In this document: positions 33,332-43,055 of the stretch, piece after piece | Position numbering within the stretch: position 1 is the first letter of the stretch | How the letters are laid out: the number at the start of each line of letters is the position of its first letter | Source of the DNA: a virus | Lineage: Duplodnaviria; Caudoviricetes | Strand: one strand, 5' to 3' | Length of the DNA: 44,161 nucleotides | IMG/VR virus record: IMGVR_UViG_3300037783_000006 | Span: 1-44,161 of that record | Position numbers and translations under genes: made by a program | The notes under the pieces: model-generated | Database searches by the model: none | What the model was told of the DNA's origin: nothing | What the model saw: the letters and a program-made list of their open reading frames with translations, nothing else

Positions 33332-33612
33332 TGATTAAACTGCCTGATAAAGAAGGTGTTATACTTGAATTTACGTCTGAGTTTGACGCAGAAAGAAGTA
33401 AATACATTCCTATACGTGTGCAAAATTTTACGCAGCAGGAAATTGCAGATTGGCTTGGTAAATCACTAAGGACAATTCAGCACTTTGAAAAACCAGACGC
33501 TTCAGGAAAGTTTAGGAACTACGACCCGTACATTTTAACTGGTTACAGGGTCATGGTAGAACTTATAAATCCTGATATTCTGATTTGGCATCAAATGAAG
33601 GACAAGACTTAG
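33331..33612 (+). CDS. XRE-type HTH protein
   Basis: TQQEIADWLGKSLRTIQHFEK; ATG abuts the terminal motif; 3' end overlaps the endolysin by 50 bp. Confidence 0.75.
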   Translation: MIKLPDKEGVILEFTSEFDAERSKYIPIRVQNFTQQEIADWLGKSLRTIQHFEKPDASGKFRNYDPYILTGYRVMVELINPDILIWHQMKDKT

Positions 33613-33973
33613 ATGAAACGTCTTTATGACCTATTATTTTTGCTTGTGGATAGCGTTCTTTTAAATCTTCGAGTAAACACCTAAGCGTTTCCTTTTGAGC
33701 CTCTGTACGGGTGTCTTTTGGCTTCATGTCAGCATCAACACCGCCAACGTAGCAAACGCCTATTGAGTTACGATTGTAACCTTTAGCGTGTGCGCCTGAC
33801 TTACTTTCGTGTCTACCTTTTTCAAGTGTTCCGTTTAGAGTAATAATCCAATGATAACCAATGTCTGAAAAACCTCGTTCGTCAACGTGCCACCTTCTTA
33901 TTTCATCAACTGACACGTCTCTACCTTCGGGAGTGGCTGAACAATGAACTATTATTTTGTTGATGTTTCTCAT
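33563..33973 (-). CDS. Endolysin, N-acetylmuramoyl-L-alanine amidase (T7 lysozyme-like)
   Basis: IIVHCSAT, GFSDIGYH, GAHAKGYN..SIGVCYVGG and GHKD..K.CPSF. Confidence 0.95.
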   Translation of the reverse strand: MRNINKIIVHCSATPEGRDVSVDEIRRWHVDERGFSDIGYHWIITLNGTLEKGRHESKSGAHAKGYNRNSIGVCYVGGVDADMKPKDTRTEAQKETLRCLLEDLKERYPQAKIIGHKDVSSKSCPSFDAKSEYQDL

Positions 33974-34025
33974 TTACTATCGCATTGTCCTGTTCTTAAA
34001 CATCTTTCACTGCACTCTACTGGTT

Positions 34026-34373
34026 TTATTTTGCACCAAGATTGCACACCTTTCTGTCTAGTTCGTCTATCTTCTGCTCTAGTCTTTTCTTGCTTTCCTC
34101 GCATTCTTCGTGATTCTTTTTCAGCACTTCCATTTCTTTCTTCATGATTTCCCAATCATTTTTGAGATAATCAGCGGCATCCTTGTAAATGACAATAGCC
34201 TTTTCGATGTTGTCAAGTTCGGTTGACTTTTGATTTTTCTTGCCTTGACGGTACGCTCCCAAAGCACCAATAACACCAATAGCTGATGTTATAAATGCGT
34301 CAACGTGTTGCCCGATATTTCCTAGTTCCATATTACTCTGCATTTTCTTTAACTTCCAATTCCTCAAATTCAA
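34026..34373 (-). CDS. Putative holin/lysis membrane protein (one TM plus coiled coil); start probably 34343 or 34331
   Basis: AFITSAIGVIGALGAY followed by basic residues; directly upstream of the endolysin. Confidence 0.55.
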   Translation of the reverse strand: MNLRNWKLKKMQSNMELGNIGQHVDAFITSAIGVIGALGAYRQGKKNQKSTELDNIEKAIVIYKDAADYLKNDWEIMKKEMEVLKKNHEECEESKKRLEQKIDELDRKVCNLGAK

Positions 34374-34407
34374 TTCCCCTTTCTGTCAAATGTTGTTATT
34401 TGAATTA

Positions 34408-34605
34408 TTATTCTGCCCTAATATGAAATTTTTCAGGCATTTTATCTAAACCAATGTCATCTCTGTCATTGATTAAAATGCAAACCTCATCACCTTCAAC
34501 TATTTGACCATACCAATATTCAACTCTTTCAGAACAGTTTCTTTTGACGGATTCTTCTCTATTGAACTGTAACCCTTCATCTAATGGTAAAACAAGGTAT
34601 CTCAT
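34408..34605 (-). CDS. Hypothetical protein
   Basis: 65 aa, coupled to the upstream gene. Confidence 0.7.
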   Translation of the reverse strand: MRYLVLPLDEGLQFNREESVKRNCSERVEYWYGQIVEGDEVCILINDRDDIGLDKMPEKFHIRAE

Positions 34606-36458
34606 TTGTGTTTGTTTATAATAGCTTTGATGGCTTCTTTGTTTGAGCCACTTTGAAATACGTAAACGCCTTGAAGGTCGGCTTTAACATTGTAAGTGGT
34701 CGGAATACCTCTATATCCAAGTATAAAAAACCCATTCCAGCTACTTGTGTTTAAATCTGATAACAATAGAACTTGCTGTGTTTCATTTATTGTTAGCGCA
34801 AAAGTTCCATATCTCGTATTGTCGCTAATATTAACTATATCAGATGTCAAAGAAGGTGATCCAGCGTTGTTTGTAACTGCCGCATTATTATTTGGCTGTA
34901 TCAGAAATGCGTAGCCACTGGAATCTACATTAGATGTGTGCATACCATTATCTGTGTAATAACCTTTTATTAAAAAGTAAACGTCTAAACCTGAGTATCC
35001 ATCAAGATTAGGCGAAGATAACGTGTCATCAACTCCATCAAAATTAAATACTACCTTACCATTTACGGTATTTATAACACCTGCTGTACCTAATTTTGGT
35101 TGATAAGAAGCGTTTGCAATTGTAAAATGATTTGAATTTCCTGACTTATCGTAAAAATACCCGAAAAAATCAGTGCCAGAAACAAACGAACCTAGCGTAG
35201 TTCCCGATGCATTTTCACTCAACATACTTAATTCACCATTTGCATCTGGGAAAAAGTCATCATCTGCATTGTCACTTGACCTACGCACGTAAGCAATAGC
35301 ACCAGAAAAACCATCTACATCATTTAAAACGCTGCATATAGATAGAGGTGTTCCATAATCACTAAAATCTTCTGAAACGTTGATAGTTGTTCCATCCTCA
35401 TCATACGCGACTGTTGTTCCATCTGTGGAAGCTACATACACCACAATAGAACCAACAGCATCAACCGTCCAAATGTATGTGTTAGATGCTTGTATTATTT
35501 TTTCATAACTACCATCGTTTTTTGGTATCCAAAAAGTGTGAGATGTTGGTGTTATTCCAGTTGTTGTTATTGTGATGGTAACGGAATCTCCAAACAAAGG
35601 AGATGTATTGCTAAATGAAACTGATAATGATGCGGACGCTGGGCAACTTGGAATTACGAACTCTGTACCATTCCAACTTCCAACGGGTGAGCCGTCTTGT
35701 GTCACGGCAAACGATTCAGCGCCTCCACTCGCAATAGTGCCAACTTCAGTACCGTTAAGTTCTACGGTGGCGTCCGCGCAAGGCGAACAGATTTCAGATT
35801 CTAAACACGCTATTTGCTGCGCTGTTAATCGCTCAATGTTCTCTTTTAAACAGAAGTCAATAGCTTGAAGTATATCACTCGAAACACCATCACACTCACC
35901 TGCTATACATTCGTTTTTAATTGTAACGACAACATCAACATCCATTGATGCAAAGATGAAGTCCATACGTGGCTGATATTGCCCAGTTTCGGCTGTTTCT
36001 TCATCCCAAACATCTTTTGGGTTAAAGTTGTAGTTACTTGTGTTTATTTCAATTCTATCGGCTTTCAGAGTTGCTACTAAATCCTTAGCGTCCGATTCTA
36101 ATTGCTTTGCAATCGAAGTTCTAACTCTATCAAATGAATAAGCATCATCTTGACTTAATTTTGATTTACGTACAGCATAAACCAACTTCAAAGGAAAGGT
36201 GACGTTCACACGCGGTTTAGGTGTGTATTTTTGGTCTATCCTTTCAATGTTAGGCTCTCCAATCAATCGGAAATAACTAACACCATCAAACGCATCAAAG
36301 TCTATCTTGTCGTAGTTTCCTTGACCTAAATATTCAGCAGGATAAACTTCACCTTTATCCGTAGTTACAAGCGTTGAAAGGCAATGTCGTTTCTCAAAAT
36401 AATTGAGTAAAGACAATTCAAGGTTAAGGAATTGGATTATACTTTCAAGCATTTGCAA
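34602..36458 (-). CDS. Multidomain virion protein (connector/tail-completion-like N-terminus, Ig-like linker, lectin-like C-terminus)
   Basis: 618 aa; C-terminal VRRSSDNA..YDKSGNSNH..QP...FDGVDD pattern typical of LamG/ConA-like phage appendages; inference. Confidence 0.55.
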   Translation of the reverse strand: MQMLESIIQFLNLELSLLNYFEKRHCLSTLVTTDKGEVYPAEYLGQGNYDKIDFDAFDGVSYFRLIGEPNIERIDQKYTPKPRVNVTFPLKLVYAVRKSKLSQDDAYSFDRVRTSIAKQLESDAKDLVATLKADRIEINTSNYNFNPKDVWDEETAETGQYQPRMDFIFASMDVDVVVTIKNECIAGECDGVSSDILQAIDFCLKENIERLTAQQIACLESEICSPCADATVELNGTEVGTIASGGAESFAVTQDGSPVGSWNGTEFVIPSCPASASLSVSFSNTSPLFGDSVTITITTTGITPTSHTFWIPKNDGSYEKIIQASNTYIWTVDAVGSIVVYVASTDGTTVAYDEDGTTINVSEDFSDYGTPLSICSVLNDVDGFSGAIAYVRRSSDNADDDFFPDANGELSMLSENASGTTLGSFVSGTDFFGYFYDKSGNSNHFTIANASYQPKLGTAGVINTVNGKVVFNFDGVDDTLSSPNLDGYSGLDVYFLIKGYYTDNGMHTSNVDSSGYAFLIQPNNNAAVTNNAGSPSLTSDIVNISDNTRYGTFALTINETQQVLLLSDLNTSSWNGFFILGYRGIPTTYNVKADLQGVYVFQSGSNKEAIKAIINKHK

Positions 36459-37314
36459 AAACTCTTTGAACGTCTTTTTTCGGAACTATGCTTTCGGAAA
36501 CAGGTAAAAGTGAGTGCTGGCAATTGTATCCCCCTCTCGTTAAAAATATTGTCTTAGAATCCGTGTTTGGCATTTTCCCGTTCCATGTTAAATTAGCCCA
36601 ACTTTCAACTTCTGTTCTGTGGAAATACTTACCGTTTCTAGCTTTGCAGAAAGGTCTAGTACTATCCATCAAACCACCTGTGTAAAGATACCACTCTAAA
36701 CCTAAATCTTGAGCGATAACCTCGCTTACAGCCGCATCATTCAACGCGAAAGCATCACTAACTATCAATCGAGTAGACCTTAACAAACGCCCGTCTATTT
36801 GGTCGTCACCTTGTACGATTATCCGTAACGTATCAATCAAATCCTGTCTGCTTACTCCTGATTGGATAGCGTCACTCAAAGCCGACCTAGTAGGGTTACT
36901 CAAATACTGATTGGTCGAATCCAATAAATCTGCAATTGTAGCCGCTTGCCTTTGTTTGACCGTTGCCGTTGCTATTTCGGGTATCGAAAAAGCAGGTTCT
37001 ATTTCTTCGAAATAAGCAAAGTTCAATACCGCTTGTTCGTCAAACTCATCCATCAAACTGGCAACGGCACTTTCAAATTCTTGACCTGTTAGAACGTCTT
37101 TTAGACCCTCTACAATTCCCTCTATTCTCAATAGGTTGGCTTCATTTACAACCAAGTTACCGCCAGAATAATCGAGTACGTCAATCAATGAAGCAACTTC
37201 TCTGAACTTGTTACGCTGAATTCTTTCCATAGCAGACAAGAAAGCATTAGGGACGCTTTCCAATCTGTCAACCTTTTGGTTTACAATGTCTCTTATGTTG
37301 TCAGGTAGTGCCAT
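36445..37314 (-). CDS. Minor head/head morphogenesis protein (Mu gpF/SPP1 gp7-like)
   Basis: Y.GG..DSTRPFC...G and RGGYNCQH; follows the portal. Confidence 0.82.
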   Translation of the reverse strand: MALPDNIRDIVNQKVDRLESVPNAFLSAMERIQRNKFREVASLIDVLDYSGGNLVVNEANLLRIEGIVEGLKDVLTGQEFESAVASLMDEFDEQAVLNFAYFEEIEPAFSIPEIATATVKQRQAATIADLLDSTNQYLSNPTRSALSDAIQSGVSRQDLIDTLRIIVQGDDQIDGRLLRSTRLIVSDAFALNDAAVSEVIAQDLGLEWYLYTGGLMDSTRPFCKARNGKYFHRTEVESWANLTWNGKMPNTDSKTIFLTRGGYNCQHSLLPVSESIVPKKDVQRVFANA

Positions 37315-39122
37315 TAGTTACCTAGAATCCTTTCACGTACTTCTGCAACTCTATCTCGCGTCATGTTAGGTGCTATCTCTTTTGCTTTCGATACTAGCAT
37401 CTGAACTTGCTGGTCAATTTCCATATCTAAGAAATTAGCGTCTTCCATGATAAGGTCGTTAATCAACTTCACGCCAGAATCATGTAGCACAAGTTCCCAA
37501 TTCTCCAAAGCGTTCTGCGCTTTTCGCTGAACAATTTCATCCCTACTCAAAGTTAACAGCCTATCTGAAGCTATGATAATTTCAAATATCTTAGCCATTT
37601 GACCGTCTGCATGGTATCTGTTAGAAATGAACTGATATATCAAAGCGTGAACAACCGTGTCAGGTGAGTTTGCTTCTCGTGCCATTTTAATATCCTCTAA
37701 AATATCGGCATCCGTAAGGAAATCGAAGTTTTTCGGATAGGTAAGTTTAGCAGGTTCTTCACCTCTCAAATCTGCAAACAGGTCTAAGTAGAACTGATAA
37801 ATATCAAAGTCTTGGTCTGATATTGGCTGAACAAACGCAAACTTCGCCTTTTGGTCTATTGCCATTCCCGTAGCGGTCATCTGTTCGCTACCTTTTACCT
37901 CTGAGTTTGACGAATGAATGTGAAGAATAGACCTAGCATCATCGAAGTATTGTTTTGCCATTTCCTTTACAAAGTCAAGTATATCTCTACTCGGTGACAC
38001 GTATTCAACTGGATTCTTGAATTGAGTATCTCCAGAATCTTGACCTTGCGCTGGCTTTAACAGGTAAGTGCCCATCGGGCTTACTCGAACTTTCATTCCC
38101 GAACCGTGACAACTAGGGCAATTTCCGTTCTGATGTTTGTCTCCTTTTCCTATCCATTTGCCGTTCCAACATTTACCCCTTTCGTCTTCAAAATCACAAG
38201 GGTCACCGACCATTATTCTGAAAGGAAATGCTGAATTGGCAATCGAAACATTCAGATAGTTTGAATAGGTCAATGACCAATCTAATAAATCAACAGCGTA
38301 GTAGAACGGTGAGGTGTAATAGATTGAACCGTCCTCTAAAATAGATGGAACACCTCGCAACTTATGACACGGCAAATAACCTAGTTCATGTCTGTAAATA
38401 GGGTCTATCGAAAAAGACCAATCTGTTAGCTTTCCAGTTTGGTAAATACGGTAGATGTATTCCGTGTCGTAATAATAGAACACACGACCAACAGCTTGAA
38501 CCTTGCCGTAATATTCGACCATGCTCTTTTCATGGCTTTCAAACATTGCATGATTTTCACCCCATGCTACTACATTATCGCACTTGTAGTATATCGGTTG
38601 CGGCTTGACGTTTTCCGTGTCGTCAATCCTGATTTCACCGTCAACCTCTACGAGTTTCGGCTTAACATAGAACGTAACTACTCCGTTAGGGTCTTTCGCC
38701 TTAGTTGTCGGAATTATCTTCTTGATGTAAGATTCAAGCGAAGTAAATCCTTTTATTCCGTTGTCGATGTACTCTACGTAACTTTCTGAGTTCTCAGCAA
38801 ATTCAATAGACCAGTTGTGGTCATTCAACCCCGAAGTAACCACACTCATGTAATCAACAAAAACAGGATGCGTAGTGTTTTTGTAGTTTTCTTTGAGATA
38901 TTCGTTTTCCTCATCGTTCTGATTAGGAGCGCGTTTCTCAAACAGTTCTTTCGGGTACACGTCAACATCAGCGTGAACACGTATTCTTTTGCGTTGCTTT
39001 ACAGCGGCTTCATACCCCATATAGTAATGCGGTGTGTCCTCAAAATACGTGTGTCCGTCCTTCACTTTGTAAAGGTCTTTTGACGCATCCAATACGTTAC
39101 TTAATACTTCTTCGGGTGTCAT
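37314..39122 (-). CDS. Portal protein
   Basis: 602 aa; HELGYLP, helical C-terminal half, YPKNFD; precedes the gp7-like gene; internal CPSCHGSG insert. Confidence 0.78.
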   Translation of the reverse strand: MTPEEVLSNVLDASKDLYKVKDGHTYFEDTPHYYMGYEAAVKQRKRIRVHADVDVYPKELFEKRAPNQNDEENEYLKENYKNTTHPVFVDYMSVVTSGLNDHNWSIEFAENSESYVEYIDNGIKGFTSLESYIKKIIPTTKAKDPNGVVTFYVKPKLVEVDGEIRIDDTENVKPQPIYYKCDNVVAWGENHAMFESHEKSMVEYYGKVQAVGRVFYYYDTEYIYRIYQTGKLTDWSFSIDPIYRHELGYLPCHKLRGVPSILEDGSIYYTSPFYYAVDLLDWSLTYSNYLNVSIANSAFPFRIMVGDPCDFEDERGKCWNGKWIGKGDKHQNGNCPSCHGSGMKVRVSPMGTYLLKPAQGQDSGDTQFKNPVEYVSPSRDILDFVKEMAKQYFDDARSILHIHSSNSEVKGSEQMTATGMAIDQKAKFAFVQPISDQDFDIYQFYLDLFADLRGEEPAKLTYPKNFDFLTDADILEDIKMAREANSPDTVVHALIYQFISNRYHADGQMAKIFEIIIASDRLLTLSRDEIVQRKAQNALENWELVLHDSGVKLINDLIMEDANFLDMEIDQQVQMLVSKAKEIAPNMTRDRVAEVRERILGN

Positions 39123-39160
39123 TTCTTGCCCTTTTTCTTTTTACCACAATTACAACCCAT
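39119..39160 (-). CDS. 13-aa micro-ORF MGCNCGKKKKGKK
   Basis: TGATG overlap with the upstream stop and ATGA overlap with the portal start. Confidence 0.55.
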   Translation of the reverse strand: MGCNCGKKKKGKK

Positions 39161-39726
39161 CATAGTCTAGTTTGTCCGTTTAAAATCTTCACAGCCGTTT
39201 CATTGAATACCTTATTGAACAGTTTCTTTTCCTTTGCCGAAAAGTTGAAAACGTGTTCACGTCCTTTTATCTTGTCTACGTTCTCAGATGTGATACGCTC
39301 AATATATTTATTGTTATTCACCTTAATCGGTTTAGATTTCGGCAACCCATCTGAGTTAGGTGAAATCTGCCTGTTAGCAAAATCACTCTGTAATCTGTTT
39401 GTTTGTCTTAAAACGATATTTGACCCGAACCCCTGAGACTTTTTGAACGCTGCGTAAGACTTGTAATAGCTTGTTTTCTTCGCTCTACCTGATTTTCCGC
39501 CATTGTTTCCACCACGTCTGTGGTAATCGTTTTCAATCCAAACCTCTGGACTTGTAGCGTAGTTTCCTATCTGTGAGTTATTGGAATCCAAACCTTCATG
39601 GAACACCCTATTGACACGTAAAGCGTGAACAGACTGAGCAGCTATCTGCAAAGGAAGATTCTTCTTCAGCAGTTTAGAACGTTTTTCAAGTTCCTTAACG
39701 AATTGCTTTGGTGTCAATTGAGCCAT
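39160..39726 (-). CDS. Basic virion morphogenesis (neck/tail-completion-like) protein; start probably ATG 39726
   Basis: RVFHEG.D....IGNY, Y..FKKSQG..V.L..T.RL patterns; position in the head module. Confidence 0.55.
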   Translation of the reverse strand: MAQLTPKQFVKELEKRSKLLKKNLPLQIAAQSVHALRVNRVFHEGLDSNNSQIGNYATSPEVWIENDYHRRGGNNGGKSGRAKKTSYYKSYAAFKKSQGFGSNIVLRQTNRLQSDFANRQISPNSDGLPKSKPIKVNNNKYIERITSENVDKIKGREHVFNFSAKEKKLFNKVFNETAVKILNGQTRL

Positions 39727-39797
39727 AACTTCCAATAAAATAGAACACCACCACTTTCAAAAGCTATATGTTGAATATTTGATTTCACAACGTTCAT
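39714..39797 (-). CDS. Possible 27-aa peptide MNVVKSNIQHIAFESGGVLFYWKLWLN
   Basis: ATGA overlap with the upstream stop; bridges to the next gene. Confidence 0.4.
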   Translation of the reverse strand: MNVVKSNIQHIAFESGGVLFYWKLWLN

Positions 39798-40783
39798 GGT
39801 AAAGTGGTTACATATTTAGCAGAACGTGAACAATTGAAACACATACCGTCCTTAGGTGTATTCATGTTATGCAATACATTCTTTAACGTTTTCTCGTAGT
39901 CTTCATGGTACTTCATTTGCCGAGCTTCAAACATGTTCTTTTTCACGGCAGATGAGTTTATTCTATCAGAATTGAATAGCGCATAATCCATAATCAACTC
40001 TGCCGTTCTGTAAAGTATCGGCATTGCTAACAGATTACGATAATTACACATCCAGCTTTCATTATCACAACTTACATTGAAACGAACGGATATTCCCGAA
40101 GTATCTGAGTTGCTGTCTATGTTTGAAAGGATAGGCGTTTCAAGCAATCCGTATTCGATGTTTCGACCTTTAACAATTCCGCTTAGATTATACCGCCCTT
40201 CATTACAAGCGGTGCAACCTTCACCTATCAATGATGTTTTGTAATTAGGAATTGACGTGGCATCGTAAACAAAACCTATTCTACGTTTTCTCTTTTCGGC
40301 TTTATAACTTTTGCCAACGTGTGTAGTTACGACCTGACCTGCTACACTAGCAACCGTAACAGTGTCCAATGTTTGCCCCGTAATGGTGTCAATTATCAGA
40401 ACATCAACATCACCCGTATAATTCAAGTAGGTTTCAATCGCGTTCACGTACAACTCATAGTACGTGTCTTGGTCGCATAGTTCTAATTCAAGTCCTTTAT
40501 ATTTCGCTTCGGCTGCAACTTCTACCTTATCTTGGTCAAAGTAACCTGCTCTCCTGTCGTCTAAAATCGTTTTTGGTATGTATTGCTTTTGGAAATATCC
40601 GTTTACTTCGGCTTTGACATTCTCAATAGCAAAATCAATCTTTTCATCTATAAACTCAGATGCCGAACCGTTATCTTCAATGTACGATTCAACTTCTCTG
40701 ATTGTCACAAGTTGGTCAAGTAGCAATCCGCTAACGGATGTACAACCGCCTTTGTAACTGATTATGTTGTCGAAACAAGCCAT
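39794..40783 (-). CDS. Putative head-tail adaptor/structural protein
   Basis: 329 aa right after the capsid gene; C-terminal helical LY......SDRIN region; inferred from synteny. Confidence 0.5.
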   Translation of the reverse strand: MACFDNIISYKGGCTSVSGLLLDQLVTIREVESYIEDNGSASEFIDEKIDFAIENVKAEVNGYFQKQYIPKTILDDRRAGYFDQDKVEVAAEAKYKGLELELCDQDTYYELYVNAIETYLNYTGDVDVLIIDTITGQTLDTVTVASVAGQVVTTHVGKSYKAEKRKRRIGFVYDATSIPNYKTSLIGEGCTACNEGRYNLSGIVKGRNIEYGLLETPILSNIDSNSDTSGISVRFNVSCDNESWMCNYRNLLAMPILYRTAELIMDYALFNSDRINSSAVKKNMFEARQMKYHEDYEKTLKNVLHNMNTPKDGMCFNCSRSAKYVTTLP

Positions 40784-40789
40784 TTAATT

Positions 40790-40822
40790 AAAATAAAGGG
40801 AAGGGCTGGATTAGCCCCTCCC
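40790..40822 (-). terminator. Terminator after the major capsid gene
   Basis: GGGAGGGGCT/AGCCCTTCCC stem followed by TTTATTTT on minus. Confidence 0.8.
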
Positions 40823-40830
40823 TAATTGGT

Positions 40831-41892
40831 TTACGAGTTGTCAACTTGGATTGCAGCGAATCCTTTAACTCCGTCCATGTGGTCGCCCGTTTGGAACATA
40901 TCATCTGGCAACGCTACCAACTTAGTAGTCGCTGTCAAAGTTACGTCAATCGTGCCACAGTCATGTTTGATAACGAGGTCGTATGCCATTCCCGTAGATG
41001 GTGAGTTTATCACTCCATAGGATTGGTTAGCATCTCGCTGCTCAAATAGACCTGACCAACGGTTGTAGTAAAGAACCTGCAATGCACCGTTTGAAATAGC
41101 CCAAGAGTAAGCGTTACCACCTGCGGCAGAAGCTACGTTTCTATCGCGCAAAGAAGCAAATCCATACTCAGCTTGAAGGCTAGCAACATCAACACCGCTA
41201 TTTGCACAGCAAGCGTGCTCCATCAAACGGTTGAATTGATGAAGTTGGAAACCTCCAATGGTAATGAACTGACCGAAATGTGATGCTTCGGCTGCTGCTT
41301 GAACCGCCTCATAAGTCTGATAGAACGGGTCTGAATCAGACGCTGTTTTCTCAGTACGAACTTGGATTCTTGTTGGCGTTCCAGTTACGGTAATGTTTGA
41401 GATACCGCTAACATCACTTGACCAACCGCCCAAAAGTGCAGCCGCTTGAGTAGCGTTTTTCTCATTTACTCGAGCATCCATAGCAACTACCATACGCAGA
41501 ATCTGGTCGTTGAACCAATCAGCGTTATCACGGCAAGCATCGGCAAGGTTATCAACATCAAAAGTCTGCTCCAAGAACAAGTTCTGTGAAGTGTCGATTG
41601 AATATTCTGTTGAAGTAGTACCTCGCTCAGTTGATGCAGTACAGTAAGAACTAACGTTTGTTTGAACCTCGCTAGAAAGGATTCTAGGTTGGTAAACTGC
41701 TGTTACTGTACGTGTTTTAGCGTTGCCGGGCGAAACGACCATATCAAGTCCGCTTCGGTTAGCAGGTGACATCAAGAACTGCGTAAATGGTACAGGCTCG
41801 ATGTAGTATCGTGCTGGGTTTGCCCCGAACAATCTATCTAAATCTTCTTGGATGTTCGGACACGCTACCAGCGTAGAAGGTGTGTAAGACAT
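40831..41892 (-). CDS. Major capsid protein (putative)
   Basis: 353 aa, own promoter (TAAATTTG 41989-41996) and terminator, downstream of the scaffold-like gene; capsid-like size and composition. Confidence 0.72.
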   Translation of the reverse strand: MSYTPSTLVACPNIQEDLDRLFGANPARYYIEPVPFTQFLMSPANRSGLDMVVSPGNAKTRTVTAVYQPRILSSEVQTNVSSYCTASTERGTTSTEYSIDTSQNLFLEQTFDVDNLADACRDNADWFNDQILRMVVAMDARVNEKNATQAAALLGGWSSDVSGISNITVTGTPTRIQVRTEKTASDSDPFYQTYEAVQAAAEASHFGQFITIGGFQLHQFNRLMEHACCANSGVDVASLQAEYGFASLRDRNVASAAGGNAYSWAISNGALQVLYYNRWSGLFEQRDANQSYGVINSPSTGMAYDLVIKHDCGTIDVTLTATTKLVALPDDMFQTGDHMDGVKGFAAIQVDNS

Positions 41893-42059
41893 AATAATTA
41901 GGTTTAAATGGTTGTCGTATTATGGCTGACAAGCCATGAAAACCCAATATAATCGCGTTGGGTGACCGCGTGAGTATTGAACGCTTTACAAATTTACAAA
42001 ATACTTTTGACAGTTCAATAAGTGTTGTAATTTAGTGAACAACATGAAAAACTAATTAA

Positions 42060-42275
42060 ATGAAATCAAAAAAAAATAAAGCATCAAAAGAGCAACAAGG
42101 CAATGGAGTTTTAGGCGGTGTTAAACGTTTTACTATTGAAGAAGTAAAAGATATTTTTTTCGATGCTATACAAATAGGAAATGGGTATATAGAAGATACG
42201 CATTATCCTGATGTAGATATTGATATAGCTGAAAGAGAGTGGCAAGACTACATAAAAGACAACAATATTTGCTAA
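42060..42275 (+). CDS. Orphan cassette-type gene in antisense within the head module
   Basis: N-terminus ..EQQGNGVLGGV*KR.. with in-frame GTT (42120-42122) and a stop in GCTAAC, like the array genes. Confidence 0.65.
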   Translation: MKSKKNKASKEQQGNGVLGGVKRFTIEEVKDIFFDAIQIGNGYIEDTHYPDVDIDIAEREWQDYIKDNNIC

Positions 42276-42287
42276 CGAAATTTGTCT

Positions 42288-42318
42288 AAAAAGAAAGGGC
42301 GACCAATTAGCCGCCCTC
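42288..42318 (-). terminator. Terminator between the convergent 42060 and 42339 genes
   Basis: AGGGCGGC/GTCGCCCT stem followed by TTCTTTTT on minus. Confidence 0.7.
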
Positions 42319-42338
42319 TCAATTAAAGTAATCTGAAA

Positions 42339-42887
42339 TCAAGTGAAAACTCCCGCAGGTACTGATACCAATCTAGGGTTTGTTTTAGATTTCCATGATG
42401 GTGTGTAAACGTATCGCAACGCTTCGGTATCTGAACCTTCAAGACCACCGCCTTTAAATAGTATTCCAGAACTGTTCGGTGTAATGTAGATACAATAATC
42501 CTCTTCATACAATTTAATAAGGATGCCGCCTACTGGTTGACCAGAGGCAATATCCAAAGCATCGTATGCTAAGTGTGAATCTGTATTTACATTGGAATCT
42601 ATCCAATTCAATGTTCTTTGATAGGTCATGGTTCTAGGTTCGCCACCTGCACGGTATGAACTACCTTCCACCCCAGAAGCTGCTGGCAATTCTACCATTA
42701 TCTCCTTGAATAGAACAGCGTCACCTGCCGTAATAAGTGCGTTTATTTCAGTTCCGTCTGTTGGGTCTGTTGGCAAGTTGCCACACGAAAACACAACAGC
42801 TTCACCACCCGAACCGTTTACCAATTCGCCACAATCATTTAACTCTTGCGCTACTAGGTCAGCGCAGTTATAAGATGTGCAAGCCAT
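42339..42887 (-). CDS. Abundant-type virion protein (tail tube or capsid decoration candidate)
   Basis: 182 aa, monocistronic with its own promoter (TATATTTG 42953-42960) and terminator; no other tail-tube candidate is evident. Confidence 0.5.
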   Translation of the reverse strand: MACTSYNCADLVAQELNDCGELVNGSGGEAVVFSCGNLPTDPTDGTEINALITAGDAVLFKEIMVELPAASGVEGSSYRAGGEPRTMTYQRTLNWIDSNVNTDSHLAYDALDIASGQPVGGILIKLYEEDYCIYITPNSSGILFKGGGLEGSDTEALRYVYTPSWKSKTNPRLVSVPAGVFT

Positions 42888-42961
42888 TACTATAAGTATT
42901 GACAGTCCATTTATTTCGCCCTAGACCAAAGGCGTGATGATTGCGTTCCTTGCAAATATAC

Positions 42962-42990
42962 AAAAAAGGGTGGACATAATGCCCACCCTT
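42962..42990 (-). terminator. Terminator after the scaffold gene, abutting the next promoter
   Basis: AAGGGTGGGC/GTCCACCCTT stem plus T-run, then G-TATATTTG. Confidence 0.8.
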
Positions 42991-43055
42991 CGCGTGTGTT
43001 TCAATAGGTAAACTGATAAACCTTGTTCTAGGCTCTCCCTAGACACCATGCACGC

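Noticed and set aside
27161-33423. Minus-strand track ORFs across the exonuclease and array 2 (e.g. 28698, 29049, 32278, 33181)
   Set aside because: Antisense to the promoter-driven array; they cross site boundaries without pattern.
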